Below, piece after piece: positions 12,701 to 27,700 of a stretch of DNA of 64,000 nucleotides (its first letter is position 1; the number at the start of each line of letters is the position of its first letter). The notes below the pieces were generated by a model. That model had not been told where the DNA came from. It searched no databases and was given only the letters and a program-made list of their open reading frames with translations. Source of the stretch: Amoebophrya sp. A120 (lineage: Eukaryota > Protista > Dinoflagellata); assembly GCA_905178155.1 (NCBI GenBank), contig CAJINV010000018.1:316479-380478 (forward strand), given 5' to 3'. The translations under genes were made by a program, and so were the position numbers.

Positions 12701-15700
12701 CGTGCGTTTCTCCAACACGAATGCGATGTGCTGCTTCCCGTACGGAAGACCCCGCATCCGCGCAGAGCCCTGCGCCTGCTGGTCCTTCTTCGTTCGCTCC
12801 GAAGCGGACTGGAAGGCCCAGGAATCATCATCGCGGGGGACGTCAGATCCGAATGTGCGCGGTTGGTCGAACCATGTGAACAGCTTGCCTTTCAGCTCAT
12901 CCACCGACTTCTCTGGCGTTGCTTGCTTGAACGATTCGTGTTTCCCATTCTGCAATTGCCGAGGGCTGACGACTATGCATTGCAAAAGTATCGCACTCGT
13001 ATAAATGCATTACAAATTTCCTCAGCATGAGAAATCACATTTGTCATGCGGATTTACCTTGGGAAAAAAATTTGTAATGCATGAATGCAATTACTATGAG
13101 TACGATGCTTTTGCACAGGATAACGAACTGCGTCGTCCGCCGACAGTGCTGCACGACCTCGTGATGTATCAAATGCAAAAGTGTCTGGGTCTGGAAGAAT
13201 GCAGATTTTTGTCATGCTGTTTTTGCATGACACAAAATGTCTGTCATGGAAGCCCTAGCGTCACAGATTTCGAGAAGCTTCCGCATTGCTTAATCCGCAT
13301 GACAAATCTCCCATTTTGGTGACAGAAAGTGGGCAGCTTTTGCTATCTTTGCATGAGAGATTTTTCTGTGTTCTGAAATGCGCATCACAGGTTCGCATCC
13401 TTGCAGACCCAGGCAGATTTGCAATGCATATGATGCGGGTGATTTGGGACGCCATTCTCAGCGTTGTATTCACGTAACCCCCGGAACAATTCCGCGTGAT
13501 GGTAGAGAAAGATCGCGGTCGTCTCGGCGTCGAGATCTTCCCAGAACGCGATGTAAATCCGCTCTCTTTCGTTTTTGTGCGCATAGTATGGATTGCAAAA
13601 GTGTCTGTGTCTGGAAGAATGCAAAAAATTGTCATGCAGGTCTTCCATGACCCATGATGTCTGTGATGCATGCCGTAGCATCACTGATTTTTAGAGCGGT
13701 TGCGATACTGTCACCGCATGGCAAATGCCCTCTCCGCGTAGCACAAACTGGAGTCCTCTTGCTGGTCATGCAATACAAATTTTTTCAGAATCCAGAGACA
13801 GCATCACAAGTTTAGAATGTTCCAGACCCAGACATATTTGCAATGCATACGTAGTACAACATGCCACAGGCGACCACCCGCTTCAACTGCCCCTTGAACA
13901 ACGCGCCCACGTCGATAAACGCGGACACGTATCAACTGCAAAAGTGTCTGGGTCTGGAAGAATGCAGACTTGTCGTGCATATTTTGTATGATGATTGATG
14001 CCTCTAATGCATGATCTAGCAACACAGATTTTTAGAGGGCTTCCTAATCCCTATTCCGCATGAGAAATGCCCTCTCCACGTACTTAACACAAACTGGAGT
14101 CCTGTTGCTGATCATGCAATACAGATTTTTTTGGAATCCAAAGACAGCATTACAAGTTTAGAATGTTCCAGACCCATACATTTTTGCAATGCATAAAACG
14201 CGCGGTTTGTGGATGGCCTGCGCCTCCGCCTGTTTTTTGAAATCTTCGTAAATGATGTCGAAGTAGTCCACCGGGTTCTGAAAGCTGTTCTCGGGTTTCA
14301 TCATGTCAGCGGCGGGAATGCTGGAATCACGCTTCCAGGATTGGGATTCGTCGTAGGTAATCACCATCGTTTTCTCCTCATTCAGCAACCTCCGTCTCAC
14401 GTTCTCCGCCGGGTTCGTATCCGAGGGGTAGACCACCGCCTTCTGATACGTCTTCGTCAATTTGTGCTGCCACCGGTACTATGCATTGCAAATATTTTTG
14501 CATGTCTGGAAGATTGCAACTTGTCATGCTAAATCGGAATCATGCACAAATCTGTCTTGCATGGATACCAAAAGCTGTCAGTCCTCTTTCACTGGCCGGG
14601 TTGGGAGGGAGAAGTTTCCCATGCAGTATAGGCATGATAGAGACTACGACCTCAAAGAATCTGTCATGCTAGGTCCTGCTAACCTGCCCTCACTGGTCAT
14701 AGAAAATCTGCATGACAAGTCTTGCAACTTTCCTCCAGACCTAAATGAATTTGTATTTGATACGTACTGCCACGTCGCCCAGTTTTCCGTCGTACCCGAC
14801 CAAACCGGGATATGGCGTTCTCAAATGTTACATTCTCAACTGTTACATGAATTTGTAATGCAAGAACGGCAAAAATGAATGGGGGAAGCTTGCGCCTCTT
14901 GCATTACAGATTTGGCACAGATTTACATGCTGTTTAGGCCCTTCGGAGATTTGTCATGCGAAGCAGCTTAATAGTGGCGATCTTGGTGGCAAATTTGCAT
15001 GACAAATCATGTAACACATGAGAATGTAACATTTGAGAATCCCATACGGGAAGTACTTACTCGCAAACCCGAGTTCCATCGGCCCCGAAGTGACTTGACC
15101 CGCGTACCGGCGGATTTGCAGGGGGTCCGGGAAGACTTTCTTCGTTAAATACCACAAATTATCAAATGGAAAAATCCCCCCTCCCCATATCAAAATGGAA
15201 ATCTGTGATGCGGAATTTGTTTACACAAATCTGCTTTGTCTTGCAGAAGAGGACTGCAGGCAGATGCAGGACCTGAGTAGGGGCGCTTTGGTGTAGGCAC
15301 CTAGGAAGGCAGGCGCGTCCTCTATAGGCCGCACAGCATTACAAATTGCCTGCAGAATGCGGCGGGGCTTTTTGATTTGCCTTCTTGCAATACAGGGACG
15401 ATTTGTGGCCACAAATCAGCATCACAAATTTTCAGAAGTATCCCGCTTTGGTATGGAAAGGGGGGATTTTTCCTTACGATACAAATTCAGCTGCGCGAAG
15501 CAGAGCCGCTTTCGGTACAACTTGTGCTCCTGCAGGTACTGCATAAACGCCGCGAAAACCTCAATCGTTTTTTCGGAAAACCCACTGCTTACCGTCATCG
15601 CGGCAGAAGCGCCGCTACTATCCACAAACCCGGCGTTTTCTTGTTCTTCCTCTTCCTCGGACATGAGGCCCTGCTTCATGTGATCGACGATCAACTTGCC

Positions 15701-18700
15701 AAGTGCCGACCAGTTTTCTATGGCGCTCTCAAATGTTACATTCTCAACTGTTACATGATTTGTCATGCAAAAACACTGTCACTCTTAATACGATCAAGCC
15801 TTCTCCGCATGACAACTTCTCGACGCGCTAGATAGCATTATAATCTGCTCCAAACCTGTAATGCAAAAGGCGCAACGTTTTTCCTTTCACTTTTGTCGTT
15901 CTTGCATTACAAATTTCATGTAACAGTTGAGAATGTAACGTTTGAGAACGCCATATTTTCGTTCCCGTTTTCCTCCAACTCCTGCTTTAATTCGTGGACG
16001 AAGAAAAACCTGGTGTCGCTGCTCACATCCGCGCCCGCGTCGATCGCGTTGTATTTCAAAATCGTCTCCGGGTGGTCATTATGCATTGCAAAAATGTCTG
16101 GGAGTCTGGAATCTTGTGATGCAAGGAAGGGAATAGCAAGCGCACTGTACTAATGCGCTGCCCAGCATGACAAGTTTTTCCGTGGTCCTGAGTTGTTTAC
16201 TCCGCATGAGAAACTTGCGGGTTTTTGCATGACCGGAAAGAGGAGCTCTTCGCGGCCACGCAATACAGAATTCAGAATCATGCTGGACTAGCATGACAAG
16301 TCCCGCAATCTCCCAGACCCAGACAACATATTTGCATTGGATAGTCATCCGGCACCTTGATGAATAACCTGAATTCGTCGGCCGCGGACGTAGCGCCGTC
16401 GGATTTCAGTCTTTTATGCATTGCAAAAGTATCGCACTCGTATAAATGCATGACAAACTTCCTCAGCATGAGCAATAAAATTTGTCATGCGGATTTACCT
16501 TTGGAAAAATTAAAATTTGTAATGCATGACTGCAATTACTACGAGTACGATACTTTTGCACAGGATATCTTTGTGGCTCGAACAATTCCTCTTGCATCAA
16601 TTCCAGCATTATCAAATGGAAAAATGTCTGGGTCGGGAAGATTCTAAACTTGTAATGCTGTCTCTGGATTCTAAAAAAATTTGTATTGCATGAGCAGCAA
16701 AAGGACTCCAGTTTGTGCTACGTGGAGAGGGCATTTCTCATGCGGTAGAGGAATCGCAAAGTAGTTCTCTAAAAACCTGTGATGCTCGGGCATGCATCAC
16801 TGACATCGTGGGTCATTCAAAATATGCATGACAAACCTGGCAATCTTCCAGACCCAGACATTTTTGCAGTTGATAAGCATGCGCCTCGCTTGGTTGATAG
16901 CTCTCGTTCGGCTGTTCACGCCCCGTTGCTGGTGTGCTGCGCCACCTGATCCGGAATCGGACACGCTGCCAGGATTCTGGGCCTGGATTTTGTGCTTGTC
17001 GGACCACGCGGGCATGTGCATTTTGGTCATAATCGTTTTCATCAAACACTCCCACTGATCCTTGATTAAACTGACCTCGCCCTTCATTTCCGCCGGCTGA
17101 TCTGCCGCCTTGTAGGGGATCGCGGCCTCCAGGGATTCGTCCTCGATCGACCAGCCCGCGTCTTTTCCGATTTCCTTGTCAAAAGCGTCGGGCAACAGGG
17201 GGTGTAAAATCACCTTCGCGACGGCGATTTGCTCCTGTAACCGCTTTATCAAATGCAAAAATGTCTGGGTCTAGAAACTTGTGATGCAAGTCCGTGAACA
17301 ATAAGTGCTCTCTAATGCGCCGCCAAGCACGACAAGTTTTTTCGTGCTTCTGTGATGCGTATTTCGCACGAGAAACTGCGCTTTTGCATGACAGGCAAGA
17401 GGACCGCTTGGTGGCCGCGCAATACAAAGTGCAGAGTCATGCCAGACTAGCATGACAATCTTCCAGGCCCAGACATTTTTGCATTTGATACGCTTAAACC
17501 GCGGGTCTTTTGTGTTCACGTCAGAGATGACCTTGTAAAAGCCCTGTGCGGATTCCTTCATCACCAGGTACTCGGCCTTGTTGGCGTCCTCCTTCTTCGT
17601 CCGATCCCCGTCGTCATCCGCTCCGCCCGCTGCGCCGAGGTCGACACGATGGCGCGTTGCGACTTGCGCGCGATTTTGCTCGGAGGAGGTTTCACTCGTT
17701 TCCAAGGTGTCAGTATTACAATGAAAAATGCCCCCCAACCCCGAACTTGAAAGCATTTGTATTGCAAACCTTTCCAAATGAAACATTCGCCCTCTTGCGT
17801 GTATCAGCATCACAGATTTCCGATCGTGAATAGCAAAAATTTGTATTGCAAAAGATCCCAGCAAGAGCGGTGCTTGTCATGCAAGCGATGCGAAACACGG
17901 CTAGAATCTGCATCAGAAAGGTTCATACTCCTTTCATGCATGACAAAAAGTTTTCATTTGGAAACTTCGCATCACAAATTTTTGCAACTTTGGGGGTGGG
18001 GGGCACTTTTCATTGTAATAGTCAGAAGAGTCAGAGTCGGAACTGGATTCAGAGTTATCCTGAGTAAAAACGTCCCCACGACCCCATAGTCAAGATGGGA
18101 ATCTCGCAACACAAATCGAGAAGTTTTGGGAGTCAAGCATGACACGCTTATTTCTGCAGTGTAGTGCAGTTTAGCAAGTACATCCGCAACACAAATCCAT
18201 CTAGTCATGCTGTTTACAGAATTACAAAGTCCAACACCCGATGGGAAATGCCTCTCATGGGGGTGCGCAATACAAATCTTCCTGTAACTGCAAATGTGCA
18301 TGACAAGTATGGCTATGGGGTGGAGACGTTTTTACTCAGCATAAGATTCGAGGTCCTGTTCGTCTTCCTCCTCCTCATCGTCCTCTGGGTCACCCTATGC
18401 ATTGCAAAAGACTGGCACTCGTACTAATTGCAGTTATGCATTACAGATCTAGAATCTAGAATAGATGCTAAGGCAAATAATCCGCATTACAAATTCAATT
18501 TGTAATCATGCTGAGCCAATTTGTATTGCAATTTACACTAGTACAATACTTTTGCAAAAATGCATAGATCGTCCCCGCCATTGTTCCCAGCCGCTTCTCG
18601 AGCTTTTCTTTCCTGCTCCTCTCTTTCAATAACGCGCCAATCCAGGCCGGCCACGGAACTGCCCCCGACGGAAGACCGAGGTCGTCTTCTACCGCCGAGG

Positions 18701-21700
18701 GAGGAGGCCGCGCGCCCTCCCGCCCTGCTTTCGTTGTCATCGTCATCCTCTTATGAATTGCAAAAGTGTCTGGGTCTGGAAGGTTGCCACGTTTGTCATG
18801 CATATTTTGCATGACCCATGATGCTTGTAAAGCATGGCCTAGCATCACAGATTTTTGGAGGGCATCCTGATGCCTATTCCGCATGACAAATGCCCTTCCC
18901 GCGTAGCACAAAATGAGCTCTTCTTCCTGGTCATGCAATACAAATGTTTTTAGGATAAGGATCCGAAAATAGCATGCCAAGTTGCATTCTTCCAGATCCA
19001 GACATTTTTACATTTGATACCTCTTCATCTTCATCATCTCCCTCGTCTTCTGACTCGGTCTCCACAACCCTCGATTCGGAGCCCGATATCATTTGTAAAA
19101 ACATCCCCACCCCAGAGTTGTGATGCAGATTTGCAATGACAGGAACATTTGTAATGCGCATCCCGAGGATGAGAGGCGTCTCTAGTCGTGTTTTGGAATT
19201 TGTAATGCTGTAACCAGGATGAGCAGATGGATTTGTGATGCGCTTGTCCTTGCTAACCTGCACTATTATACTACGGGCTGCAACTTGTGATGCGTGAGTC
19301 CCAAAACTTCTAGGTTTGTGTTGCAAAATCCCCAGGCTGACTCTGGGGTAGGGACGTTTTTACTCAGGATATCCGAGGAAGCAGCGTCATCATCATCGTC
19401 GGCTGCGGCTTTGACCTCCTGGCGCGCACTTCCGCCCGACGATTTTTTACTTCGCTTCGACCGCACCGAAGCCGCACGAGACCCAGCTACACTACCGCCG
19501 CTCGCGGATAAGTGCGACAAAACCTCTGTGTTCAAAGTCGGTTGCAGAAACCCAGTTGGAGGGGGAGGTGACTTCGGGTCCGCCGTGAAATTTGTCGCAC
19601 GAAAAAAGCGCTTCACTGTAAGGGTTTTGCAGGTTTTGCATCACAATTTTGCTCTACATGACAGAGAAAATTTGCCATGCAAGGTTCCTAATGGAAAACA
19701 CAGCCAAAAATCCACTGTCTTGCATTTGTAGCAAGACAAACAGATGTGGGGTGCATTTTCTGCATTACAAGTTTACAGTGAAACAGTTTTTTCTTGCGAT
19801 AAAATTGGCCGGCGTACCAATCGTGTCCGCCACTCCAGTGTAACTTTCACTGCCGTCCGCAGCGTATCAAAAGCAAATAAGTGTCTGGGTCTGGAAAGAA
19901 TGGGATTTGTGATGCTACCTTTGGACTCTACATAAAATCTGTATTGCATGAACAGCATAAGAGGCGCAATTTGTGCTACGCGGAGAGGGCATTTCTCATG
20001 CGGTATAAGCATCAGAAAGCCCTCGCAGAATCTTTGATGCTAGGGCATGCATCACAGACCTCATGGGTCATGGAAAATCTGCATGACAAACTTCTGCATT
20101 CTTCCAGACCCAGACATTTTTGCAATTCATACAGCGGTGCCATCTACTACTTCTTCTGCGATGGTGGCCATCGGATTTCCGTCTTTGCTAGTACCGATCC
20201 GACTACCACCTGCTCCACCATCACCACCACCATCTCCAGATGCTAAACCTTTGGCGGCTTTCGCCCCCTTCGAGCCCTTCTTTTTTTTCTTGTCGTCCAT
20301 CAGCATGGCTTTTTTCAAGTATTTCTTACAACCCTCGTGGAAGTGCTTTTCCGTCCCATCCGTGATGATGTCGGTCCGCTGGGGGTTTGGACTCGCGCGG
20401 AAAACTCTCTTGAACTCGTTGCACAGGTCATCCACCAGCGGTGCTAACACTTGCTTCTTCAAGAAATTCTTGTCAATTTTCGTCTGCTATGCATTGCAAA
20501 AGGATCGTACTAGTATAGATTGCAATACAAATTTCCTCAGCATGAGAAATGGAATTTGTCATGCGGATTTGCCTTAATAAAAAGATTTGTAATGCAAGAC
20601 TTGCAACATTCAATCATACGAGTACGATGCTTTTGCGGAGGATATCTGCGCGTTTCGCATCACGTCATCCAAAATTTTCCGCCCGCCCAATGCGGCACCG
20701 GCACCGCTCTGCTGACCACTTCCGCCACCTGCGGAGGTCTGGTCCAAGAAACTGGTTGCGGACATGACCTTGTGAAAGATGTAGACCGCTACTTCAATCC
20801 CGTGCTGCGAGATCGGCATGGCTTCCCCCAGTGGGTAGTTCAGCTGTTTTCTGCTGTGGAGAATGTTGTCACCCTCATCTCCAATCATGACCGTGTGCTG
20901 CTCGAAAATGTCGCGGATTTTGCTGTAGACATCGATTTTTTTCGAATGCAACGCGTGTTGCCAGGCGAGCTCCAGCATTTTTTCCGCGTTCGCCCGCGTC
21001 AAAGTATACTTGTTCGGGTCGATTTTCACGTGGCCAAACACCTCCTCTGGAGAAAGTTTCTTTTCCTCGGGTGCCTCCTTTGTCCACTTGCTGTCCGCGA
21101 ACATGTTCCGCCTCTGCCATTGTTCTTTCTCTGCAAAGGGGCGGTCTTCCCCTGGTTTCTGCATCTTCCCATTGTTACCCGCATGAGCACTATCCGCTGC
21201 TTGCTCCACAAGCTCTGTGGGAATCAGCTGGAAGTTCTCGGAAGGAAAAATCCCCCCTCCCCATATCGAAAAGGTGCGTCTCAGAAAATTTGTAATGCAG
21301 ATTTGTGACCACAAATCGTCTCTGTCTTGCAAGGACGTAACTCCACAGGTTCCGCCGCATTCTGCAGGCGGTTTGTGATGCTGTTGGCACTACAGACTAG
21401 ACGTTTGCCATGTTTAGTGCCTAGCCCGAAACCTCCCTACTCAGACTTATTATACATAGGCCTGCAATCCTCTACTGCAAGAAAGTCTGATAGTTTGTGT
21501 ACGCAAATCCAGCATCAGAAATTCAAATTTCGTTTTGATGTGGGGAGGGGGGATGTTTCATTTTGATAGAAGTTATCCTTGCAAGCCTTCTTGGCTGCTT
21601 TGGTGATCAATTCTTTATCGATTACGTCTTCCCAGGATTTCAGTTTTTCCTGATTCGTATCAAATGCAAAAATGTCTGGGTCTGGAAGAATGCAAGATTT

Positions 21701-24700
21701 GTGATGCAGATTTTCCATGACCCATGAGGCGTGGCATGCAGCACCTAGCGCGACAAATGCTGTGGGGTGTCTATCATGCCTATTCTGCATAAGAAACTCC
21801 CTATCAAACTGGTGAAGAGCGGACATCTTTTGGTAATCATGCAACACAAATTTTTGCATGATCCAGACACAGCATGACAAGTTGCAATCATCCAGACCGC
21901 CCAGACATTTTTGCAATCCATAATTCGACCACCAAGTCACCGGCTGCATCAAGTCGACTCGGTTTTCGGAAAATTGCTGCGCGGACTCGGATATCCACTG
22001 CAAAAGTATCGTACTAGTAGTAGTCGCATTACAAATTTTCTCAGCATGACAAATGGAATTTCTCATGCTGATTTACTTTGAAAAAGAGATTTGTTATGCA
22101 TACATGCGATTAATACGAGTACGATACTTTTGCAGTTCATATCGGAGCGGAACCGGGTGCGCAATTCCAAGATGCACTTCTTGGCCGCTTCGATATGCTC
22201 AGCAAAAACGTCGACGTCCCCACCCCAGAGTTGTAATGCAAATGCGTAATGACAAGAACATTTCTTTGTAATGCGCATCCCCATGAGAGGCATTTCCAAC
22301 CGTGATTTGGTATCTGTAATGCTGTGAACAGGATGAGAAATTGGCTCTCTCATGCGGGTTGCCTTGCTAAGCACCACTATAACACAGACGGAAACTTGTC
22401 ATGCACAACTCCCAAAGCTTGACGATTTGTGTTGCAGATTTACCAACCTGACTATGGGGCGGGGACGTTTTTGCTCAGGATATTCGAATCTTGCGAATTG
22501 CTCTCCGACGGTTTCTTCCAATTGTGCCTCATCGATTTCCTCTTCATCGTCAAACTTTTTGGACATTTTTGAAGTAGTCGTGGCCGCTCCTGGTTTGCTA
22601 TTTGCCTTTTTCCCCTGCGCGGCGTTGGCCGCCGCTGCGTTCATCACGACGTACGTGTTGCGCTTCAGTTCCTCGAGTTTCAACTTGGCCATTCGTGCCG
22701 CCATCCGCTTCGGCGGGACTAATTGCAGCAAGGACCTCGCCGACTCCGCCTCCCTTAACTCTTCCCAAACCCGTTCCTCCGCCGCAAACAGGCCCTGCAC
22801 GACCTTCGCCTTGGTCGCGAAAACGACTTTGCCTGTTTTTCGTGCGGTTTCTAATTCCTCCAGCATCTGGACCAACCGTGGTAGATTGTTCTGGGATAAC
22901 GTGAACGTCAGCGGCAACACCCGCATGTCAAACGTCGTCAGAGTCTCCTGCAGATCGCGGCTCGCGGTGGAGTAAAGCGGATCCGCGAACACCACAATGG
23001 GCAAACGCTGCGAGTTCGCCACCATTTTCAACAACAAAGGCGTCATTACGGACGTTTTTCCCTGTCCCATCGCGACTTGCGCGGCTCGGGTCAAGAATTC
23101 CGTTCCTGCTTGAATGTGATCCTTCAATAAGGTTTCGTAGTAGCCGTCAGAATTCGCAGACGTGGTCATCAGTTGCTGCTCCATGCTCGCTATGGATTGC
23201 AAAAATGTCTGGGTCCTGAAGATTTTGAGATTTGTCATGCATATTTCGGATCACGCAAATGGCGTCAGATGCAGGCAAAACAAGCATCACAGGTTCTGAG
23301 CACGCCCCATGATGCCTGTCCCGCATGAGAAACTTCCTACTTGCGTACCAAGAAATGGACAGCTTTATTTGGCGCTCATGCAACACAAATTTTTGTGTGT
23401 TCCAGAGTTTGCATCACAAGTTCCAACTCTTCCAGACCCAGACATTTTTACATTTGATACTCGCCCGGGCCGCGTTCCCGGACTCAGCCTGCTCCTTCAA
23501 GTATTGCTCAAATTGGTCGCGTCGTGCCTGTGCGTTCAACTGCTCGGCTCTAGCTCCTCCATTTGCAGGTTCCGCGATCTTATCAAGTGCAAAAATGTCT
23601 GGGTCTGAAGGTTGGAACTTGTGATGCTAACTTTGGACTCTGAAAAAATCTGCAATGCATGACCAGCAAGACGAGTCTACTTTGCGCTACGCGGGGAGGG
23701 CATTTGTCATCCGGAGTAGGCATCAGGAAGGGTTCTAAAAATCTGTGATGCTAGGTCGTGCATTACAGATAATCATTGGTCATGCAAAATATGCATGAAA
23801 AACTCAGCAACATTCCAGACATCCAGACATTTTTACATTTGATAAACCTCCACAGTGGCTACTGCCGCGCTGGTGGAATCCGCGCGGGGGTCTGGGTATC
23901 CCGGCAAGATCCAGTATCAAATGTAAAAATGTCTGGGTCTGGAAGAATGCAACTTGTGATGCTGCATTTGGATTCCAGAAGAATCTGTAATGCATGAGTA
24001 CCAAAAGGAATGCAATTTTTGCTACGCGGAGAGGGCATTTGTCATGCGGAATAGGCATCAAGAAGCTCTCAGAAAATCTGTGATGCTAGGGCATGCATCA
24101 CAGGCATCAGGGCTCATGCAAAACGTGCATGACAAGTGTCACAATCTTCCAGACCTAGACATTTTTACAGTTGATATCCAGTGCGGCATCCGCAGTCTCG
24201 CCGCCAGCTTCTCCTGAGTATCTCTCTTCTCGCTTTGCTTGAAATCTTGATTGGCAAGCTGGAGAAACTCCGTTCGCACCCAGAACTTCTGCTCGATTGG
24301 TGCTTGACTTTCCTTCTGGCGGTCTTTTGCACCAGCAGCAGCCGCCGCAGAAGCTTTCTTCTTCTCAGGAGCCTCATCCGCTGGAGCAGTGGCGCCACTT
24401 TCGCCGCCCGTGGTGGTACTACCACCGCGTAAAGGCACGACTTCGGAAAGCAGGATCTGTTTCGGCAGCCCCGGCATGTTGGCGTCTACGATTGACAGAT
24501 CTTGCTTCAGCTTCGCCGCTGCCATGCGATCGGCGTAAGATTTCGGGAAATCCTCGCGGTAAAATTTGGCCAGTGCTTTCGCGGAAAACGTCACAATGTC
24601 GGATCCCTGCACACCCTTGGTTGCCGCGCCGCGCTTTTGCACGATGGTCTGCAGCATCGAGCGCAAATGTGTCTGGGTCTGGAGACTTGTGATGCAGAGC

Positions 24701-27700
24701 GACGGATCATGAGGATGCCACAAGTGACAGCCCAGCATGACAAGTCTCTGAGTTGCTAGGTGTTCTCTATTCAGCATGACAAACTGCGTTTTTGCATGAC
24801 AGCACATTGAGGCTTTTGGATAACGTGCATGACAGATTTGAGAATCATGCTAGCTGAGCATGACAAACTTGCATTCTTCCTGACCCAAACACATTTGCAA
24901 TGCATATGCAGCATCTTCGCGCCCGGGCCAAAAACGAGTTTTGAGTCGCCGTTGGAACTTTCCCTCGACAAGACCTTTTCGATCCAGACTCTGCTGCCGT
25001 CCTGGTTCTGGACGAACAACCCTTTTGCTTCGTCCAATTCGTTCGTCATGTCCACGTCTGGAAGTAACAGAACCCCTAATTCCGGGTTGAACAGCTCTCC
25101 CAAAACCGCCAAGTTCATGTCGTTCAGTAGCAAATCCGAGTAGTGGTTCCCGCTCGCGCTCGGTGCCACGATTTTCTCCTTGATGATGTCGCTGACGTTG
25201 TCTTGCGTTTTATCCTCAAACCGTTTTTCCAGGAGCAAATCCACGCCGTCCTGACTAGTCTTGAAGTAGAACCGGTCGCAGTCCTTCTGCAAGCTGTACA
25301 CGTAGAGCGCGACGATTTTCTTCAGCGTCTGCTCCTGATCTTCGGTCAAAGCCGTTTCGGGGAAAACGTGTTTCGCCTCCACGGCTGGCGGTGCACGAGG
25401 AACCAAGTTCGGAGTAGCAGATTCTTTGTTTCGTGCTTCCAAAAACTCCACGTTTGCCTGGAACATCCTCATTCGGATCCTCCGCCAGGATTCAAGCAGT
25501 GCCTTTTGCCTCCTCTGCCTTTCCGCAATTCTGTCCGGCGTGGTCAAGACCTCGCCGCCGGTGCTGACCATCATCAGCAGCTGCATCCGTTCCTGATCCG
25601 TCTCGCACTCGACCTCCCAGGCTTTGAAAAAGGCCTGCCAGACTTTTTCCCGGAGTCTATCCTGTGTAAAAACGTCTCCAAACCAGAGTCAAGATGGGAA
25701 ATCGGCTAGACAAATCAACCAGCTTTGCTTGTTTCGCATGACAAGTCTGTCCCCGTAGTGTGATCTTATTTAGCTAGTTCCGCTGCATCACAGATCTAGC
25801 ACATCATGCTGATTCTAGCATCACAAAGTCCAAAACACGGTTACAAAATGGCTCCCATGTTGGGGCTCCGCATGAGAAACTTTATTGGCATGCAGATTTG
25901 CATGACAACTCTGGGGAAGTGGGGACGTTTTTACCCAGGATAGCGTTCGTCCATTTCTCGGGCGTCCAACCTGGCAAGTTCTTGCACGTTGTCGAACACA
26001 AAGTACCCGAGGCTGCGCCACGCGAGGGAATGGTCTGAGGTGATGCCCGTGGAGCGCTGGTTCTGGAAGTCCTCCAGTTTCCAGTTGTTCGTCCCGCCCT
26101 GCCGGTTTCCGGAGGTGGAGGAGAGACCGAAGTTGAAGAACGTGTTCCTTGCCTGTCTTTTCGTCGGCTTTTGATTCGTCCGGAGTCGTGTGCCGAAAAT
26201 CACAGTGCGGATCTTTTTCAGCCACTCGGAGTGCTTGTGTTTCCGCTGCAGATGCTCTTTTTGCAGAACGAGATCGTCGTCGTCGGTCGGACTGGATTCG
26301 GTGATCTTGCCTGGTTGGACGACTTGGACTTGTTCATCATTGCCGATGGTTTGGACCGTAGTACCCCTCGTGCCGGCGATTTGCTCCAGAGCTCGCTTGT
26401 ACCTGATAAGATGATGAAGAAGTCGTGCTCAACAGAGCCTCTGATGTACAGAACGTTTCTGCAGCGTCGCGCGTCCTCTGCGGAATCACGGTGGCCTTGC
26501 CGAGCTTGGGCCACGTTTGTACGGTGCGCGCTTTCGTACATACAAGACTGTCCGCGCGGCACGCTCGACAAAATCTGCGAGAACGTTCTCAACTTCCGAA
26601 CTTTTTTGCATTTGCCGTCTGCGGAAACACGAGGGCATTGCCGAGCTTGGGACAAGTTTGTCCGGTTTGCATTCCCCCAGGTAAAAACCTTCCCGCACGG
26701 CACGCTCGACAAAATCCGCGAGAACGTTCTCGACTAGAGAACTTTTTTGCATTTGCCGTCTGCGGAAACACGAGGGCATTGCCGAGTTTGGGCCAAGTTT
26801 GTCCGGTTTGCATTCCCCCAGGTAAAAACCTTCCCGCACGGCACGCTCGACAAAATCCGCGAGAACGTTCTCGACTAGAGAACTTTTTTGCATTTGCCGT
26901 CTGCGGAAACACGAGGGCATTGCCGAGTTTGGGCCAAGTTTGTCCGGTTTGCATTCCCCCAGGTAAAAACCTTCCCGCACGGCACGCTCGACAAAATCCG
27001 CGAGAACGTTCTCGACTAGAGAACTTTTTTGCATTTGCCGTCTGCGGAAACACGAGGGCATTGCCGAGTTTGGGCCAAGTTTGTCCGGTTTGCATTCCCC
27101 CAGGTAAAAACCTTCCCGCACGGCACGCTCGACAAAATCCGCGAGAACGTTCTCGACTAGAGAACTTTTTTGCATTTGCCGTCTGCGGAAACACGAGGGC
27201 ATTGCCGAGTTTGGGCCAAGTTTGTCCGGTTTGCATTCCCCCAGGTAAAAACCTTCCCGCACGGCACGCTCGACAAAATCCGCGAGAACGTTCTCGACTA
27301 GAGAACTTTTTTGCATTTGCCGTCTGCGGAAACACGAGGGCATTGCCGAGTTTGGGCCAAGTTTGTCCGGTTTGCATTCCCCCAGGTAAAAACCTTCCCG
27401 CACGGCACGCTCGACAAAATCCGCGAGAACGTTCTCGACTAGAGAACTTTTTTGCATTTGCCGTCTGCGGAAACACGAGGGCATTGCCGAGTTTGGGCCA
27501 AGTTTGTCCGGTTTGCATTCCCCCAGGTAAAAACCTTCCCGCACGGCACGCTCGACAAAATCCGCGAGAACGTTCTCGACTAGAGAACTTTTTTGCATTT
27601 GCCGTCTGCGGAAACACGAGGGCATTGCCGAGTTTGGGCCAAGTTTGTACGGTTTGAATTCCCCCAGGCAAAAACCTTCCCGCACGGCATGCTCGACAAA

